A program made the position numbers and the translations under genes. Shown one piece after another: positions 1 to 14,190 of a stretch of DNA of 64,000 bases. The stretch is from NCBI GenBank assembly GCA_951406725.2, contig OX597829.1, positions 53,754,001 through 53,818,000 on the forward strand, in the 5' to 3' direction. This stretch comes from Octopus vulgaris. Its lineage: Eukaryota. The notes under the pieces are model-generated. The model saw only the letters and a list, made by a program, of their open reading frames with translations, had not been told where the DNA came from and searched no databases. How positions within the stretch are numbered: position 1 is the first letter of the stretch; every line of letters starts with the position of its first letter.

Positions 1-227
1 CCTGATTTTTCTCACAAAATGTCACCCATGCTCACTTTCATCGCACATCCATATAGAGAATGGTAACGGTCTGTATCTCACTACCATGCAACCAAAAAGA
101 AAGAGAAAGGAGAATAAATTCAAGTGTAATGTTATATTGTAAAATTGATAGATCACCTTTCAGTTGGGTTATGCATTTTTAGAATTTTTACAAGGAATCG
201 GTCGACAGTTACTTTGAAGTTTCAGCC

Positions 228-373
228 ACACACCTACCCTACAATGTCATTCTAAAAACAAACAATCACATCACTGAAATTTCAAAGTGACAACATTATG
301 CAAAATTAATACAAAACAAAGAGAATATATAAGTATAGCATTTGACAGAATAATCTGAAAGCTAAAGGGTTAA
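228..373. mobile_element. Partial TTAA-terminated MITE (piggyBac-like), same family as 56731-56956
   Basis: Ends ...gctaaagggTTAA and is similar in reverse complement to the 56731 copy. Confidence 0.55.
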
Positions 374-3214
374 ACAAACTTATTTCACTCACATAAACAG
401 AACCTTCATACACACTTGGTCAATAAATTTTTCCCAATTTCATTTTAAAAACCAAATGCCATGAAAACAATACCCAAAGTCAAAATTAAAATTTATTTAA
501 AATATAAGATCTAAATAAAAGTCCTTTTATTTTAATATTTTTTGATAAATTTGGATATGTTGATGAGGATGGAAATTTACAAAATATAGCATGTTTTGTG
601 TAATTTAAGACGAAGTGAGGCATTTATACATAAATAAAAACACTAAATTGAGATAAGTGAAATTAACCTGTTTTCACCTACATGTAAATATTTAAGGAAA
701 GTGTTGTTTGTTTTTTTATTATTATTATTAGTAGCAGTGAATACTAATAACTAATATGGAAACAGAAATAAAGAAACAGGAGTCAAAGTCGCAATTTTGA
801 TTACGGAAAAGTTATTTTTGGTAGAAAATGTCACATTGCATTTAAATTTCGTAACTATTATAGCGAATGAACGAATATTTTAAGTATCATAACTGACATT
901 ACGATCCGTAAATGTTGACAGCAATTTATATAATTGCAATGAATTTACGGGAACAAAATCATGTTTTATTCAATATTATAAATAAAACATTGAAATAAAA
1001 AAAATAATAAGTTGTTTCTTGAAGTTTTCTGCAGCCTTTTATACAATTTGGTTTTCTGTGGCATTTTTTTTCCGGCAGTTATTTAATAAACTGAACGCAA
1101 AATAAAATAGGTCATCGTCACCTACAAATTACTGAAATGTAGAACTTAACTATTTTCTGACATCTCTCTTTGCATGGAATTTATATATGTGCAAGAAAAT
1201 GATAATACTAATACTAATAATAACAATAATAATAATAATTTGTTTTTAGGACCCCTCCCTCCAAGAAAAACACTACTGTTTGCCTTTACCTGTATATAAC
1301 AAAATTATAATAAACGCTCTGACAACTAGGTAAAACATTAGTGAGTATTTTCTAATTATCTAGAATTATCTTTTTTGCAGTCACTGTCTTACTTCACACA
1401 ATAAATCATTTCCTTAGCACAACAACATGAAATTATTTGGATGAAAAGGTATTTGATATTACAATATAAGTTTTCTAACTGCTTCTATGGTACCGGTTAA
1501 ATTGGCCTCACTGAAAACTGAAACAAGGTTGCAAGCTTGTCATACTAAAAGTTTATTACTTGCTATAGCAAAGACATAAAACTACGAATATTTTGGAGCA
1601 AACAGTCAAGTTATTTTGAATATAATACTTATGAAGACTAGCTACAAAAATAATGGATTTTTTTTTTTACAACTAGAAACAGTAATTTCTCTTTTAAGCA
1701 AGAAATAATGACAAAGAGAAAAGCTACATCCTCATGGTGTCAGCTAATATGAATGAAATTCTGAGAAAATAAAACCTTGCAAAAAATATTAGAAATTGGT
1801 TGTAAACGCCAGAGAAAATTAGCATAGGAATAACTAGAAGAATTTAGTAGTTAGTAGCAACTTTTGAGTATGATTTATGTATGCATAATAAACACTTATA
1901 TCCTTCAAATTTTTAGACTTAAAAATTAAGATTCAAACGTAATTATAAAATTTGTTTTATGTAAATGGAACAAAAATAACAATTATTTTAATACCAATAT
2001 ATAATGTGCATTATATATAAGGGATTTTTTTCTGAGATTTCTTTACTAAGAATTACAGGTGCAATTAAACAGAAAACAAAATAGGATGTTAATTTATCTA
2101 GGTCTATTTACAAGTTTGCTCGCATTAATTGTAGCCATAATAGGATGTTATACACACGTAAAGACTAGACCAACTTTATTCACTTCTTGAATGTCCAACG
2201 CTATAATAAACTAAATATTCTTTTCCATTTACCTTCTTTGCAGGTACAAGCAGTTTCCTTGGTGGATTATATTTAGCTCTTCTTTTAGACAATACATTTT
2301 GTCTAAAATGCAATATAATTCCATAAGATTACCCAATTGTTTCTTATCAAAAGAATGCAATTCACTGTCTAGTAGGTGGATTCCTGGGTCTTTTATTCAT
2401 AAAAACAAATTAAAATTGGTAAAAGATGGCAGCACAGCTTCATAAAAAACATCAATATGTCTTTAACACAATATTTAAAAGGCCTGCTTTCAAAAAAAAT
2501 TCATCTCAGATTCTTATCACTTATGAAGCCTCTGTTGTACTGGGTGTGAAGAATTCTGCAGTACATAAAAGAGTAGAAAAACTATATTAATTGCATTTCA
2601 TGATATAACCATCATTTTTGACAGAATCCTTATAATTTCTCTGCATTTAGTATCACAAAAGTCACAAAACCTTTCCAATGATTGTGAAAGTGCAACACAA
2701 TGCAATAATGGAAAAATGTGTCAATAGTTTAGAAAATATAATTGCAAAATTTGCATTTTCTAGAAGGTCGGTATTTGGTTGCCAGAGAATCAATAAGAGA
2801 TGAAGTATTTACTGGCCCAAAATAGGGCCGTTTACTACAACTAAAGGCAAACACATTTCAAAAATTATTGCAACTACATTGTGATTTCCCTCAGAGAAAC
2901 ATGTACCAATTACAAATTTAGTACCACCTATCTGACAGACTAACAGATTATTAATTCAACTCTTTCCATGTTCTATCATTTCCCCAAAACCATATTTCAA
3001 ATTCTGCAGAGCTCTAAAAACAAATGAAAATGAAATTAGCATTTGAGGGGAAACAAATCCTAAAAATAAAGGCTAAAAGAATGAGAAACTTTAAATATCC
3101 AAATTCTAAAATAACTTTCTGAAGAATGTTTAGTTCAGTGAGCATAGCTTTGGTAAAATGGAAAACAAACTAGTTTATTTCTGGAAAATTTGTTTTAATA
3201 TTGATTTCAAATAT

Positions 3215-3600
3215 TGGAACAAGGCCTGAAATTTTGGAGGAGGGGTAAGTCAATTACATCAACCCCAGTATTCAGCTGGTACTTATCAACTGCAAAAGGA
3301 TGAAAGGCAAAATTGACTTGAGAATATAAAGACAGATTAAATACCTATTTCTATTTCTTTACTACCCACAAGGGGCTAAACACAGAGAGGACAAACAAGG
3401 ACGGACAAATAGACTAAGTCGATTATATCAACTCTAGTGCGTAACTGGTACTTATTTAATCGACCCTGAAAGGATGAAAGGCAAAGTCAACCTCGGCAGA
3501 ATTTGAACTCAAAACATAGCGGGAGACAAAATACTGCTAAGCATTTCACCTGGCATGCTAACGTTTCTGCCAGCTCGCCGCCTTAGACAGATTAAATACC
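3215..3600 (-). mobile_element. tRNA-headed SINE, family 1 (GGCGGCGAGCTGGCAGAA... head), nested/dimeric
   Basis: Reverse complement shows the A-box/B-box head (GAGTTCAAATTC) and the body CTTTGCCTTTCATCCTTTC...AAGTACCAG, which recurs at 4190 and 58637. Confidence 0.8.
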
Positions 3601-4189
3601 ACTAACCATTTTGCCTGGTGTGCAAACAGTTCTTTCAGCTCATCACCATAAATTTGTCAGAATATTCAAAGAAGATCATAAAATGACTTGCATACTTTTT
3701 CAAAATATTTTGAATACCAAAAATAAGTTTGAAATACTGGGTGGAGAAAGAAAAGAAGAAAAGGAAAAAAAACAAATTATAAGTATTAGTATTAGTTACA
3801 GTGACTGTGACTATGCAACCTAAAGTAGTTATTTCCCAAAAAGAAGGACATTGCAGTCTTTTTTGCTGAACCACCAAATCATAGGGACATAAACAAGCCT
3901 ACACTGGTTGTCAAACACATACACAAACTCACACACACACACACACATATATATTTATATATATATAAAATAGTAAATCCAAAAAATGAAGAATAAACAC
4001 AAAAAAAAAAGCACGAGGATGTGGTACATGTAAAATATTAGAAGACGCTCAGGAAAGGAAAGAAAGGTGGCTTAATGTTTCGAGCAGACGCTCTGCTTCA
4101 GAAACAAGAGATAGAGGAAAGTCCAACAGAAAAAGAAGATGGAGGAAAAAAATCGCCAACGATTCACATGTGGTTACATGTATATATGA

Positions 4190-4390
4190 GGGCGGTGAGC
4201 TGGCAGAATCATTAGCACACTGGGCAAAATGCTTAGCAGTATTTCGTCAGCCGTTACATTCTGAGTTCAAATTCCACTGAGGTTGATTTTGTTTTTCATC
4301 CTTTTGGTGTCAATTAAATAAGTACCAATTAATCCCTTTGTCTGCCCTTGTTTGTCCCCTCTATGTTTAGCCCCTTGTGGGCAATAAAGA
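4190..4390 (+). mobile_element. tRNA-headed SINE, family 1
   Basis: GGCGGTGAGCTGGCAGAATC...GAGTTCAAATTCC...AAGTACC...GCCCCTTGTGGG. Confidence 0.8.
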
Positions 4391-4684
4391 TATATATATA
4401 TATATACATAGGTGTGTGTGTAAGTATGTGTCAAAGTTAGATAAGGCTAGTTTATGGGAGTCATTGCTCTTCATCCGTCTGGAGTAGCTAGGCTTGCTAG
4501 CTGTTGATGCTTGTTCACCTTTGGAAACTTAAGGACACAGAACACTTGTATCACATAGCCAACTGGAAACGGTGTTTCCTGGGGCTAAATAACAGTAGCA
4601 TTCTTCCCTTTCATGGGACTTCCACATTAAGTTGGCAACAAACCATCACTTTATATATATATATGTGTGTGTGTGTACACACAC

Positions 4685-4846
4685 AGTGGGCTGCTTTCAG
4701 GTTCTGTGTACCAAATCCCCAAACAAGGCTTGGTCAGCACAGGACTAGAGTAAGTGACATTTGCCAAACATGTTACACAATGAGATCGAACCTGAGACCA
4801 TGTGGTCAAGAAGCAAACTTCTTACCACACAGCCATGCCTGCACCT
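4685..4846 (-). mobile_element. tRNA-headed SINE, family 2 (5' part, diverged)
   Basis: Reverse complement resembles GGCGCAGGAGTGGCTGTGTGGTAAG... of the 36729 copy. Confidence 0.7.
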
Positions 4847-5258
4847 ATTTTAAATTAAATAAAAATTCTAACATACTACTTTATTGAAGACATTATAATT
4901 ATTTAATTACCAATTCATTTTTTTTTTCAAAGCCAATTTTCCTATTCAATTATTCATTTCTTGCATTTTTTTTATGGGTTGAAATTTTTCTTCATAGCAA
5001 TTACTTTATACTTTTATTTGCCATTTGTGGGAGCTTTCTGATGGCCAGGATATTTTTTTTTTAATGACCACACGTTTTTCTGAGAAGTTGTTACATATTT
5101 TGACTTTTGTTTTGACTGAATTCATTCGCAGAGAATGAACTCAAGATGTAGATGTGATATTCTGATATTCTGTGTGAACATAACAGTATATATAAGGATA
5201 TGCATACTGAGTGAACATTGCTTTATATAAGCACTAAACTTTTCAGACTTAGCAAATA

Positions 5259-5766
5259 CAGTGATACCTCGCAGTACAAGTTTAATTTGTTCCATGACCG
5301 ACCTTGTCTTACGATTTACTCATTTTACAAATCAATTTTCCCCTTTGAAATTAACTAAAATATAATTAATTCATTCCAGCCCCCAAAAGACACTCAAAAA
5401 TAATCTTCTGTGGATTTTAAAACAAAAAAGGTGTAGCTACAAGTAAAATCACAATTATAAAAAAAAGAATGCATAAGAAATACATAAACTGGTTTTGGGG
5501 GTTGTGTTTTATGCCTTGACCTGAGCATAGAACGGGGCTTGCTCCTTTGAGCTGGGAAATGAATGGAATGCCTAGTGTGCGTCTTGCCACCTAAGAAAAA
5601 ATGGGAATAGGCCTGAGTATATGATATGATATGATTATTAATGAATTACCTTAAAGATGGGATGATTTGTGTGCTCATATTATGGATTTCCACTTGTACT
5701 TCAAGACAATAATTTGCATGAGTCTCAGCTCACACAGTAAATTACTTGTACTGTGAGGTCCTACTG
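5259..5766. mobile_element. Non-autonomous Tc1/mariner (Tigger-like) MITE
   Basis: Imperfect TIRs CAGTGATACCTCGCAGTACAAGT / ACTTGTACTGTGAGGTCCTACTG, both flanked by TA. Confidence 0.7.
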
Positions 5767-6049
5767 TAATTTAAAGTAATACTCTTTGTTATGATTATCT
5801 ATAGTCTTACAAGTATTGATAATTGCCTCTGCAATTCCATACTCTTCCTATAATTCACTCACATCAAGATCTCAAAGGTTACGGGCTGTGACTACATCAC
5901 TTAAGGAAAAATGGGAATAGGCCTGGGTATATGATATGATATGATTATTAATGAATTACCTTAAAGATGGGATGATTTGTGTGCTCATATTATGGATATT
6001 CTGCTTTACATTTTTTTAGATGCATCTAGAGTATTCCGAGTAAGGTTGG

Positions 6050-7540
6050 TGCTTGCTGCAAAGGTCCTACTGTAATTTAAAGTAAAACTCTTTGTTATGA
6101 TTATCTATAGTCTTCTCAAGTATTTACTTAATTGCCTTTGCAATTCAATATTAGCTCTTATAATTCACTCACATCAGATTCAAATGAATACAGGCTGGCT
6201 TCACAGAAGGTAGGGAACTTGTTACAAAACTGCTTTCCAAGAAGTGATTTACCAGTGATGTCCAACAGAAAGTAATGAATTCTGCTTTACATTTTTTTAG
6301 AAACATCTAGAGGTATCTTCAGAAGGTTTATGCTTGCATCTCCAAAAATAAAAGTAACCCTTCTCTCTGTGTTTGTCTTTTAGTCTGTGCCAGTATTTAT
6401 TGAAATAATGAAAGAAAGACGTGGCTCTGTAAAGTTTCTTCAAAACTGAGAATGATTTATAAGTGTAACTAAGTAAGAAGAAAGAAACTCTTGGTAATTC
6501 AGACATTTTCTTCATCTCTTTAACCCTTTCGTTACTGTATTTATTTTGAGATGCTCTGTGTTTCTTCCAGTTATTTTAAATATAACAAAGAATTTAGTAA
6601 AAAGAATTTAGCAAAATAACATCGTTATCATTAGGAACATAAATTGTGACTAAGATTTGGTGAAGATTTGAATTTAAAACTTATGAAAACAAGACATTTA
6701 TACTAAAGACCCAGAGCCGGTTTCAGCCGGGTTGGTAACAAAAGGGTTAAAGTTCACCCATAGTGCATTGAGCCCTGAAAACTGCATTCCAGGACTCCCC
6801 AGCATTTAAGTATTTCATCATTTGATGCAAAAAGAGAAAGAGAACCATTGAGTTACAATACAAGATGACAATTATCAACATCTACAAGTTCACAAAATTT
6901 CCCTTCAGCTGAGACACTTAAAAGATTGTCCACTGATCAAAATCGATTTCTGTTTTTCCAAGTCAAATCTCAGAACATTGTGCAAAATAATGGTTTGACA
7001 GTTTGCAAGAATAAATGTCCTTTTGAACTATTTTCAATTTTTGACAAATGCTGATGCATTTTCTTTAGTTTGTAAAACTTGCATTGTCGTTGGATACTTT
7101 ATTCAGATCTAGATGTGACGTCACTAATTAAATTAAATCAATTTGTCATCACTAATTAAATTAATGGCCAATTTGTCATTTGCGTTCGATGATTCACTGC
7201 CGTACAAATCACATAAAACATCACATGCTGCTCATCCTTTTTAAAACGGATGCGTCTCTGAAGGACTGAGAAATTCTTTGTTGCATTTTTGCTTGATGCA
7301 TCAATTCCTACTGAAGGGAGCAAACCATACTCTTTGATATATTCCATAGGATTTTATACAGAAAGCTAGTGCTGGAATATTTTCTTCACACAGAACTTTT
7401 GCATTAGTGGTCCCACATCTTACACTTTTCACAATCCCTGAATCACTGCACATTCCTATGTCAACTTTTCTGTGTAAATGATGACGTTTCATAGAATAGT
7501 TTCACTTCACACATCAAAGATTTTGTCATCTTTAGTTGAT
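6050..7540 (-). pseudogene. Decayed hAT-superfamily transposase
   Basis: Frameshifted peptides DSGIVKSVRCGTTNAK, SVGIDASSK, ILANCQTIILHN and IVTQWFSL resemble the hAT motifs (CgrTK, first catalytic D, CxxH..HN, TRWLS). Interrupted by a MITE at 6520-6750. Confidence 0.6.
6520..6750. mobile_element. TTAA-flanked MITE (piggyBac-like)
   Basis: TTAA-CCCTTTCGTTAC ... GTAACAAAAGGG-TTAA. Confidence 0.85.
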
Positions 7541-9782
7541 TAAGCTGGGACAAACAATTGTGAAAATAGCAACATACAAACAACACAAGTGATAACTTTA
7601 TTACCTGTCATACTATGTCGCTCACCTTCACTCTTTCCTGTATCAACAATTTCCACATGACAATGGCTTCATTTTTAAAAAGACTATATTTGCCTTATTT
7701 TGTTACTAATATAGAGCAGTAAAAGTTTGGTGTTAATATCTTAAAAACTGAGGTATACTAAAGCTGGATGCCTGGTAGTTATAATTTGGGGGTCTCCAAA
7801 AAGGGGAAAACACTTGGCTAAAGATGTCAACAAACAGGTTAGGATGCTTGGAACTACACTGTCAGATCTTAAGCTGGAAGTTTAACTATTCCAACATAAG
7901 CCTTTTTTTATTGTAATGTATCTAGTTATTTAGTCAAATATTAATTATAATAATAACAAAAAGTTTTAATTGATTTTCTTTCTTCTGCTAGCTTATTATG
8001 TATTCTCAGAGAATTTATGGTGGTAATAGTGTTTTTTGATGTCTATTTTTTAGTGCTTGGTGACACACAAGCCGGGCCCTTGTTATAATTATAAAATAGT
8101 TATTTAGTCATCTATATTTATAGCTACCACTCCTATATAATTATTTATCAACTTCGTTTAGTCATCTACTACTTGTAAGACAAATATTTAAATAACTTTA
8201 CTTGACACAAGAATTTTGCAACTTAATCTATCAAAAATTAAGCTCATTCCCAACTCATTATTTTAATATTTGGTCATCTGAAGTTTCAGAGTTCTCTCCC
8301 TTATCCACTTTTAGTTGAATCTTTAATGTTAATGAGTTTTCTCATTAAGAATATATAAATTCAATTGATTAAAAATTATTTTGGTCCCTATTTTAAATAC
8401 GTTTACCCATACTTAACTATATTTTCTTCAAGCAGAAGGCTTCCTTCAGAAATTTTACATATTTTGCATTTCATTTCATTTGAAAGGATACAATAAATTA
8501 AATATATAAAACAGTGACTAATTTGAGAATGGATTAAATATTGATAAAAATGTTTTGACTAAGTGCCAACACTTTTTCAAAGTCAAGAAATACTGTGCAT
8601 TTGAAGTAAGATAGCTTTAGAGAAGAATCAAAGCAATTATATCGTGAATTAGAGTCTTATTTCATATTGCTCATTGCAGATATTTGAAATGGTCAAAAGA
8701 GTGCTTTAATCCTTTTGCCAGAGATCAACCTCGGTTCCCTGATAGAAATTACCTGTTATAAATTTACCTAAATTAAAGCATTCCACCAAGATTTCATATT
8801 AATTAACATTCCAAACACCAGCTTAATAATAACCAAATTATTTTACTAAACTCTTTATTATTTTCAGAATAAACTTAAATAAAAGGTTTTAACAGAAATA
8901 AGGTAATAAAAGAGTTCAGATAAAATGATATATGCAAGATTTCCCCTTCAGATGTGAAACTATCTACAAACTATAAATGATAGTAAGGAAGATAGAATTT
9001 TAATATCTAATTACAATTAAAAATGCAAGTCAATGATTTTTCCCCCATTTATTTTAATCAAAATGTTCTGATTAAAATGTCCCATAATTTTTATGCAGAT
9101 AGGATTTGATATAAACATCTTTATCTTCCATCATAATTCCATTTACATCAAAGATCAGATACAGTTATACAATAGAAACCCTTCAACTTGGGCAGATTCT
9201 TCCACATTCTATACATGGCAGTAAACACCTCCAGTGGATCACTCATTACTGCATTTCAAAAAGCAAAGAACGCAGTATGTAATGTCTTGAAAAAAATGGC
9301 CCATCCCTATAAGCAAGACAGGTTTTAGTCAGTAATGCAACTCCTTCAAGACCAGCATCCAAAATGTGAAGGATGCAGTTGTGCATTATTCAGCCCACAA
9401 GCTTTCCTGCCTTTCAAATTGCAGCTTTTAATCTCTTGCCAAAAGGATATCTACCGATTTTGTGGGATCCTCATAATAATTTTGTAAGGAATATTTCCAG
9501 AGATAGTCCCAACATTTGCTACCTACTTTACATGCACCTAACAACACTACATATACCAGATAAATCTTCCCCAAACTATCCCTACACAGTTAAGTTCACT
9601 ACCACATACACCAAAAGCAAAAACAATTGCATTTCAATACAACAGGGCCACCAGCCCTAACAATATTCTTTCAATAACCCTCAAACACTATGTATCACAT
9701 CTAGCACTTATCCTTGGCAAGCAAGCTTTCCAGTCTCTCTACAGAGATAATATCCGGATTTTTGGAAACATACTTTAGTATA

Positions 9783-10176
9783 TTTACATTTGACAGATAT
9801 TTGTCCTTATCTTTGTTGTTAACACATTTTGGCTGATTTACCCTCCAGCCTTCATCAGGTGTCTTGGGGAAATTTTAAACCTGGGTTCTCATTCATAAGG
9901 TATTTTTTGATGTTATTATTCAAGTTACTGCCTGGAATCTTGAGGTTAGTAGCCCACGCTCTTAATCAATACACCATATACCCATGGGTATATGACCTGA
10001 ATAATAATAACATCGAAAAATACCTTGGGAATGAGAACCCAGGTTTTAAATTTCCCCAAGATACCTTAAGAAGCCTGGAGGGTATATCAGCTGAAATGTT
10101 GTGTTAACAGCAAACAAGATGAGGACAAATATCCACCAAATGTAAATAATTCCTCACCTCTTAAATATAGAACTGT
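9783..10176. mobile_element. Head-to-head dimer of a tRNA-headed, hammerhead-bearing short element with a 13-bp TSD
   Basis: Inverted arms at about 9783-9925 and 9995-10147, a central palindrome CATATACCCATGGGTATATG (9975-9994), and flanking direct repeats ATACTTTAGTATA at 9770-9782 and 10177-10189. Confidence 0.75.
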
Positions 10177-13100
10177 ATACTTTAGTATAGCCTGTTCCAA
10201 AAGCAGTCAATGCTTCTGATCCGGCAAACTATTACACTGAAGTTAATGGAAATTGCCGTCAACCTTCTCTGTTATTCTGAATCCTTCTTCTTCCTTAATG
10301 ACCATTAGTATGTAGGTTTTTATAAAGTCAGATCCATTGGAGACCTGTTGTCCAGTGTTACTACCAGTGGGCTCTTGCCCCTCAAGAAATTTGGCAGAAA
10401 CAGTGTTATTGCACGAGACATGAGCAGAGCATTTGATCAGGTGTGGCAAGTAAATCTCCTAGCAAACCTGGTTGCCCGTGCGGTTCAACCAGTTTCTTAT
10501 ATCAGTGACTTCTATTAAGCTGCAGCTTCATGGGATATGCAGAAGTAGACCAATGAGCTGCATTCTTTTAACTCTACAGTAATTCAATGTTCAATTCTAT
10601 CTCCTCTCAAACATTCTTTCCTACCCATCAATGGCCTACTTGCTATCACTCCCAGTAATCACTACACATATCAAGAAAACAATTACTTACAACTAGAATC
10701 TTCAATGTTTTACAAGTACTAGGCCTCACTATCATCGCTGAAGGTCTCTGCTGGAGAATACATTACCCTCAACAAAGACTAGGCTTTCTTTCTGGGTGAA
10801 AAAACAGAAATACATCAGCCCTCAACTACTAATCTCTTAAAATGGGAGTGCTGCTTCCACCTCTCGGATGGCGCTACTGTCAGTACACACACACACAGAC
10901 ATCAAAAGAAAGGTCCATCTACTCGAGTGATTGGCATGAAGGTTGCATGCAAACATACTCCAATACTCAACTTGTATCTTATCTTACCTGGATGGCTTTG
11001 TACTACTTCGATTATTCATTTTGTCAATCTCAATCCCTCTTTTCCAGATCACTCCTCATTCATTCCCCGATAGATATCGACTTGCAATTGTTCACTAACA
11101 TTATCTGCACCAATATAAATTAATCCGATTTGTGTGGTACTTTATCAACATGGGAACAATAAAAGAGAAAAACTGATTTTGGAGGGACCTATACTCAAAA
11201 TATGACAAGAACATAAACCAGCCCCTAATGATTTAGCTAATCTACCACTTTAATCACTGCAGTGAATACTTGATAGAATCAATCGTAAGATGACAACAGT
11301 ATTTATTTTGTTAATGCCAGAGAGATGTAGAATGACGACATCTACAAGTGAAATAATGAAAACCATCTAAACAATGCTTTGTTTCTGCCACCATTTTGCT
11401 ATTTTTGTAAGAATTGTGCAAGAGGAATGGTTCAATGTGAAAATCCAAATTCCATGTTTTAGCTGCTTTCATTTTGTGTGAGAGAGGAGGGAAAGAACTG
11501 CAAAAGGTCTGATTCTTGATTCTTAACAATAAAAGTCTTACATGAAAAGTAGATAAAATGAGAATCATTAATATATTTAGAACTTATTCTATCAACTTTC
11601 ATGGAATTTGTATATAAAATATGAAGAGATGAAATCTAGCTATTTCTCAACATTATTTTTTAAAACTTTTTTTTATCAAAAAGAATGAAAGACTAATTCT
11701 GAATTTAATAATGTAGTACCAAACGATGTTGACACTAAATAATATATCAGTAGAACAAACAATATTAAAGCTGATTTTGTTATGATCTTTAAGCAAAGCA
11801 TCTATTCTCAACACACCGAAATATTATCCCAATCACTTCACCTACAAGGAATAACAGTCAATTTTCCCATTTGACAGTTGTGGCAAGAATTCCTCTGATC
11901 ACAAACCACTTCAATCAAGACTAAACAACAAAGCAAAAAACAAACTTGCGATGGTTAATGTCTCCTCTCACAGCACACAAACTTATTTTACAAATTTCAA
12001 AGCATCCAAGTTAGCTGCAAACAATGCGAAAGATTTGTTATTTGCCTCAAAATGACAGGTCATAGATGCAAGAACCAAATATTTTCTAGCAGTATCTTTA
12101 GACCAAATCATCCAAACAGAATCCATACTGCTCTTCAAGTTATATGTTGAAATCTGCAAAGCAAAATGTTACTTGGCAATCTATATGAATGTGGTTTCCT
12201 TTTTTTTTTTTTTTCCAATCACTTTCTGTAAACCTGTTCATTTCAACGAGCAATTCCAGTTGTTTGAATAACTACAAACCAATTGAATTACATTGTACAT
12301 ATCTGAGCATTTCACATTTCTACACCATTAATATAATAATGCCCAGACAGAATCAGTGACAAGGCTGATCTTTTTTTCAAGTAGAAGTACAATTCATTCA
12401 ATGGGTTTCTATTTACCCAATTTTACTGACAAAGCATGGGTTAAACCCTAGACAATGGTAAAAGAGAATTGCCCAACATGCCAAGCAGTGGAATTGAACC
12501 CAGGATGAAATGACAGCAAAGCGAACCTTTTGACTTGACTATGTCTGATAAAGTAAGTGAATTGTCATTTCAGATTTAAACATTGTTCACTACACTATGC
12601 AAATGACAAAATATAAATTACTAATAGGGCAGCAAAATGATTGTCTGTTGCTCTACCGCCCAGGCCCAGCCCTTTGCATTCTGTGCCCAAGATGGATTTA
12701 CCTGTATATTTTAGACAAGTCATACGATTGAGTCACCCTGTGTACCTTAGACAAAACCAACAACACAAGTAAACCAGATCAACCTCATCAAGTGCAGCTA
12801 TTACTTTGAAATTTGATTTGCTAGTTTCAGGAAACTTTAAGAACTACGAGTCTATATTTTTTGTCTAAATATTGAATAGATTAAGAAAGGACCTTTTGGT
12901 AATTTGTTTGTGCAACAGGAGACAGACCAAACCAACTGGAATGAATATCAAAACATGGAAAGAAAAATCCACCAAAAAAACAAACAAACAAGAAAAGCTA
13001 ATGTTAACAGTACACAGGATTGATGAAATGAAAAGCAAAGTCAAACCTGACAATATCTGCAGTTCAAACATTAAGAGACATAACTAAAATCCACAAAGCA

Positions 13101-13981
13101 ATCGTTTGTCATGCTATTGATTTCCAACTTAAGAGCAAAACCACAACTTTTTAGTGGTAGGGAACAGCCGATTACCTTTCATCTTTCCTGGGTTGATTTT
13201 AAAGCTGACCTCAGAAGAGATGCAAGTAAATACTGACACTACCAACTCTGCTGTCATCAGTTTAAAAGATATGGCTGGGTAAAACCTGAAGTAAATTTAA
13301 TAAAACTACAAATTTACATAGTATCAAATCTTCAACAGAATTAAAAAAAAAAAAAAGACACGAGAAAAATAATGAGATCATAGTTTACTTGCCACTAATT
13401 CTTATGAAAGGGCAGTGTTTTAACATCTAGTCATCACTAAATACTTTTTGAAGGGTACCCAACTATAAACTAAAAGAAGCCAAGCAAAAAAAATAATTCC
13501 TTGGAAACAAGACTTCTAAATCTGCACATCTAAGGGGACCAAGCAACTCTGAATAAAAACTAATACAAGGTAGAAGGGACAAGTTCTTTAATGTTAGTGG
13601 TGTAGTGAAAATGCACTCAATCCATATTGTATAGTGTGATGAGCATTTCACGATTAGAAAAACTGACATATGCAACAAAGACTCATGGTTTTCTGTTGCT
13701 ACATGCTTGATGACTAAAGACTAGTGAGTTATACTACTGGGAAACCAGTCTAATGCATACCAGCATGGAAAAAAACTCTGGACAATAAATGATAAATCTG
13801 AAGATAGTTCATTAAAATGGATAACCAAACCACTAATTTTGCTACCAAGCTGACACATGACTATGAAATAACACTCAGTTGATTTGGATCTAACCACAAA
13901 TCATACATTGATCAGATTAGCTAAAGTTGAATTTAATTTTAGTAATACTCCAGGGACTGTAGTTTGTAAAATGTAGATACA

Positions 13982-14190
13982 TTAACCGTTTCGTTACCAA
14001 CCTAGCTGAAACCGCCTCCGGCTTTATAGTACAAATGTCTTGTTTTCATTAGTTTTGAATTCAAATCTTCCACCAAACCTTAGTCACAATTTATGTTCCT
14101 AGCTCTAGCTTAATCATAACTAAATTATATTTAAAGTAATTGAAAGAAACAGAGAGCATCTCAACAGAAATACAGTAACAAAAGGGTCAA
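13982..14190. mobile_element. TTAA-flanked MITE, same family as 6520-6750 (opposite orientation)
   Basis: TTAACCGTTTCGTTACC ... GTAACAAAAGGGTCAA. Confidence 0.8.

Noticed and set aside
2232-3013. Possible minus-strand exon (strong acceptor near 3014, donor near 2232)
   Set aside because: All three frames close quickly, and no partner exon or homology is recognisable without transcript data.
7117-7124. Perfect CRE site TGACGTCA
   Set aside because: It lies inside a decayed hAT transposase with no promoter context.
11311-12160. Short ORFs and an acceptor-like site suggesting a second gene
   Set aside because: No recognisable protein family and no consistent exon chain; likely an old transposon remnant.
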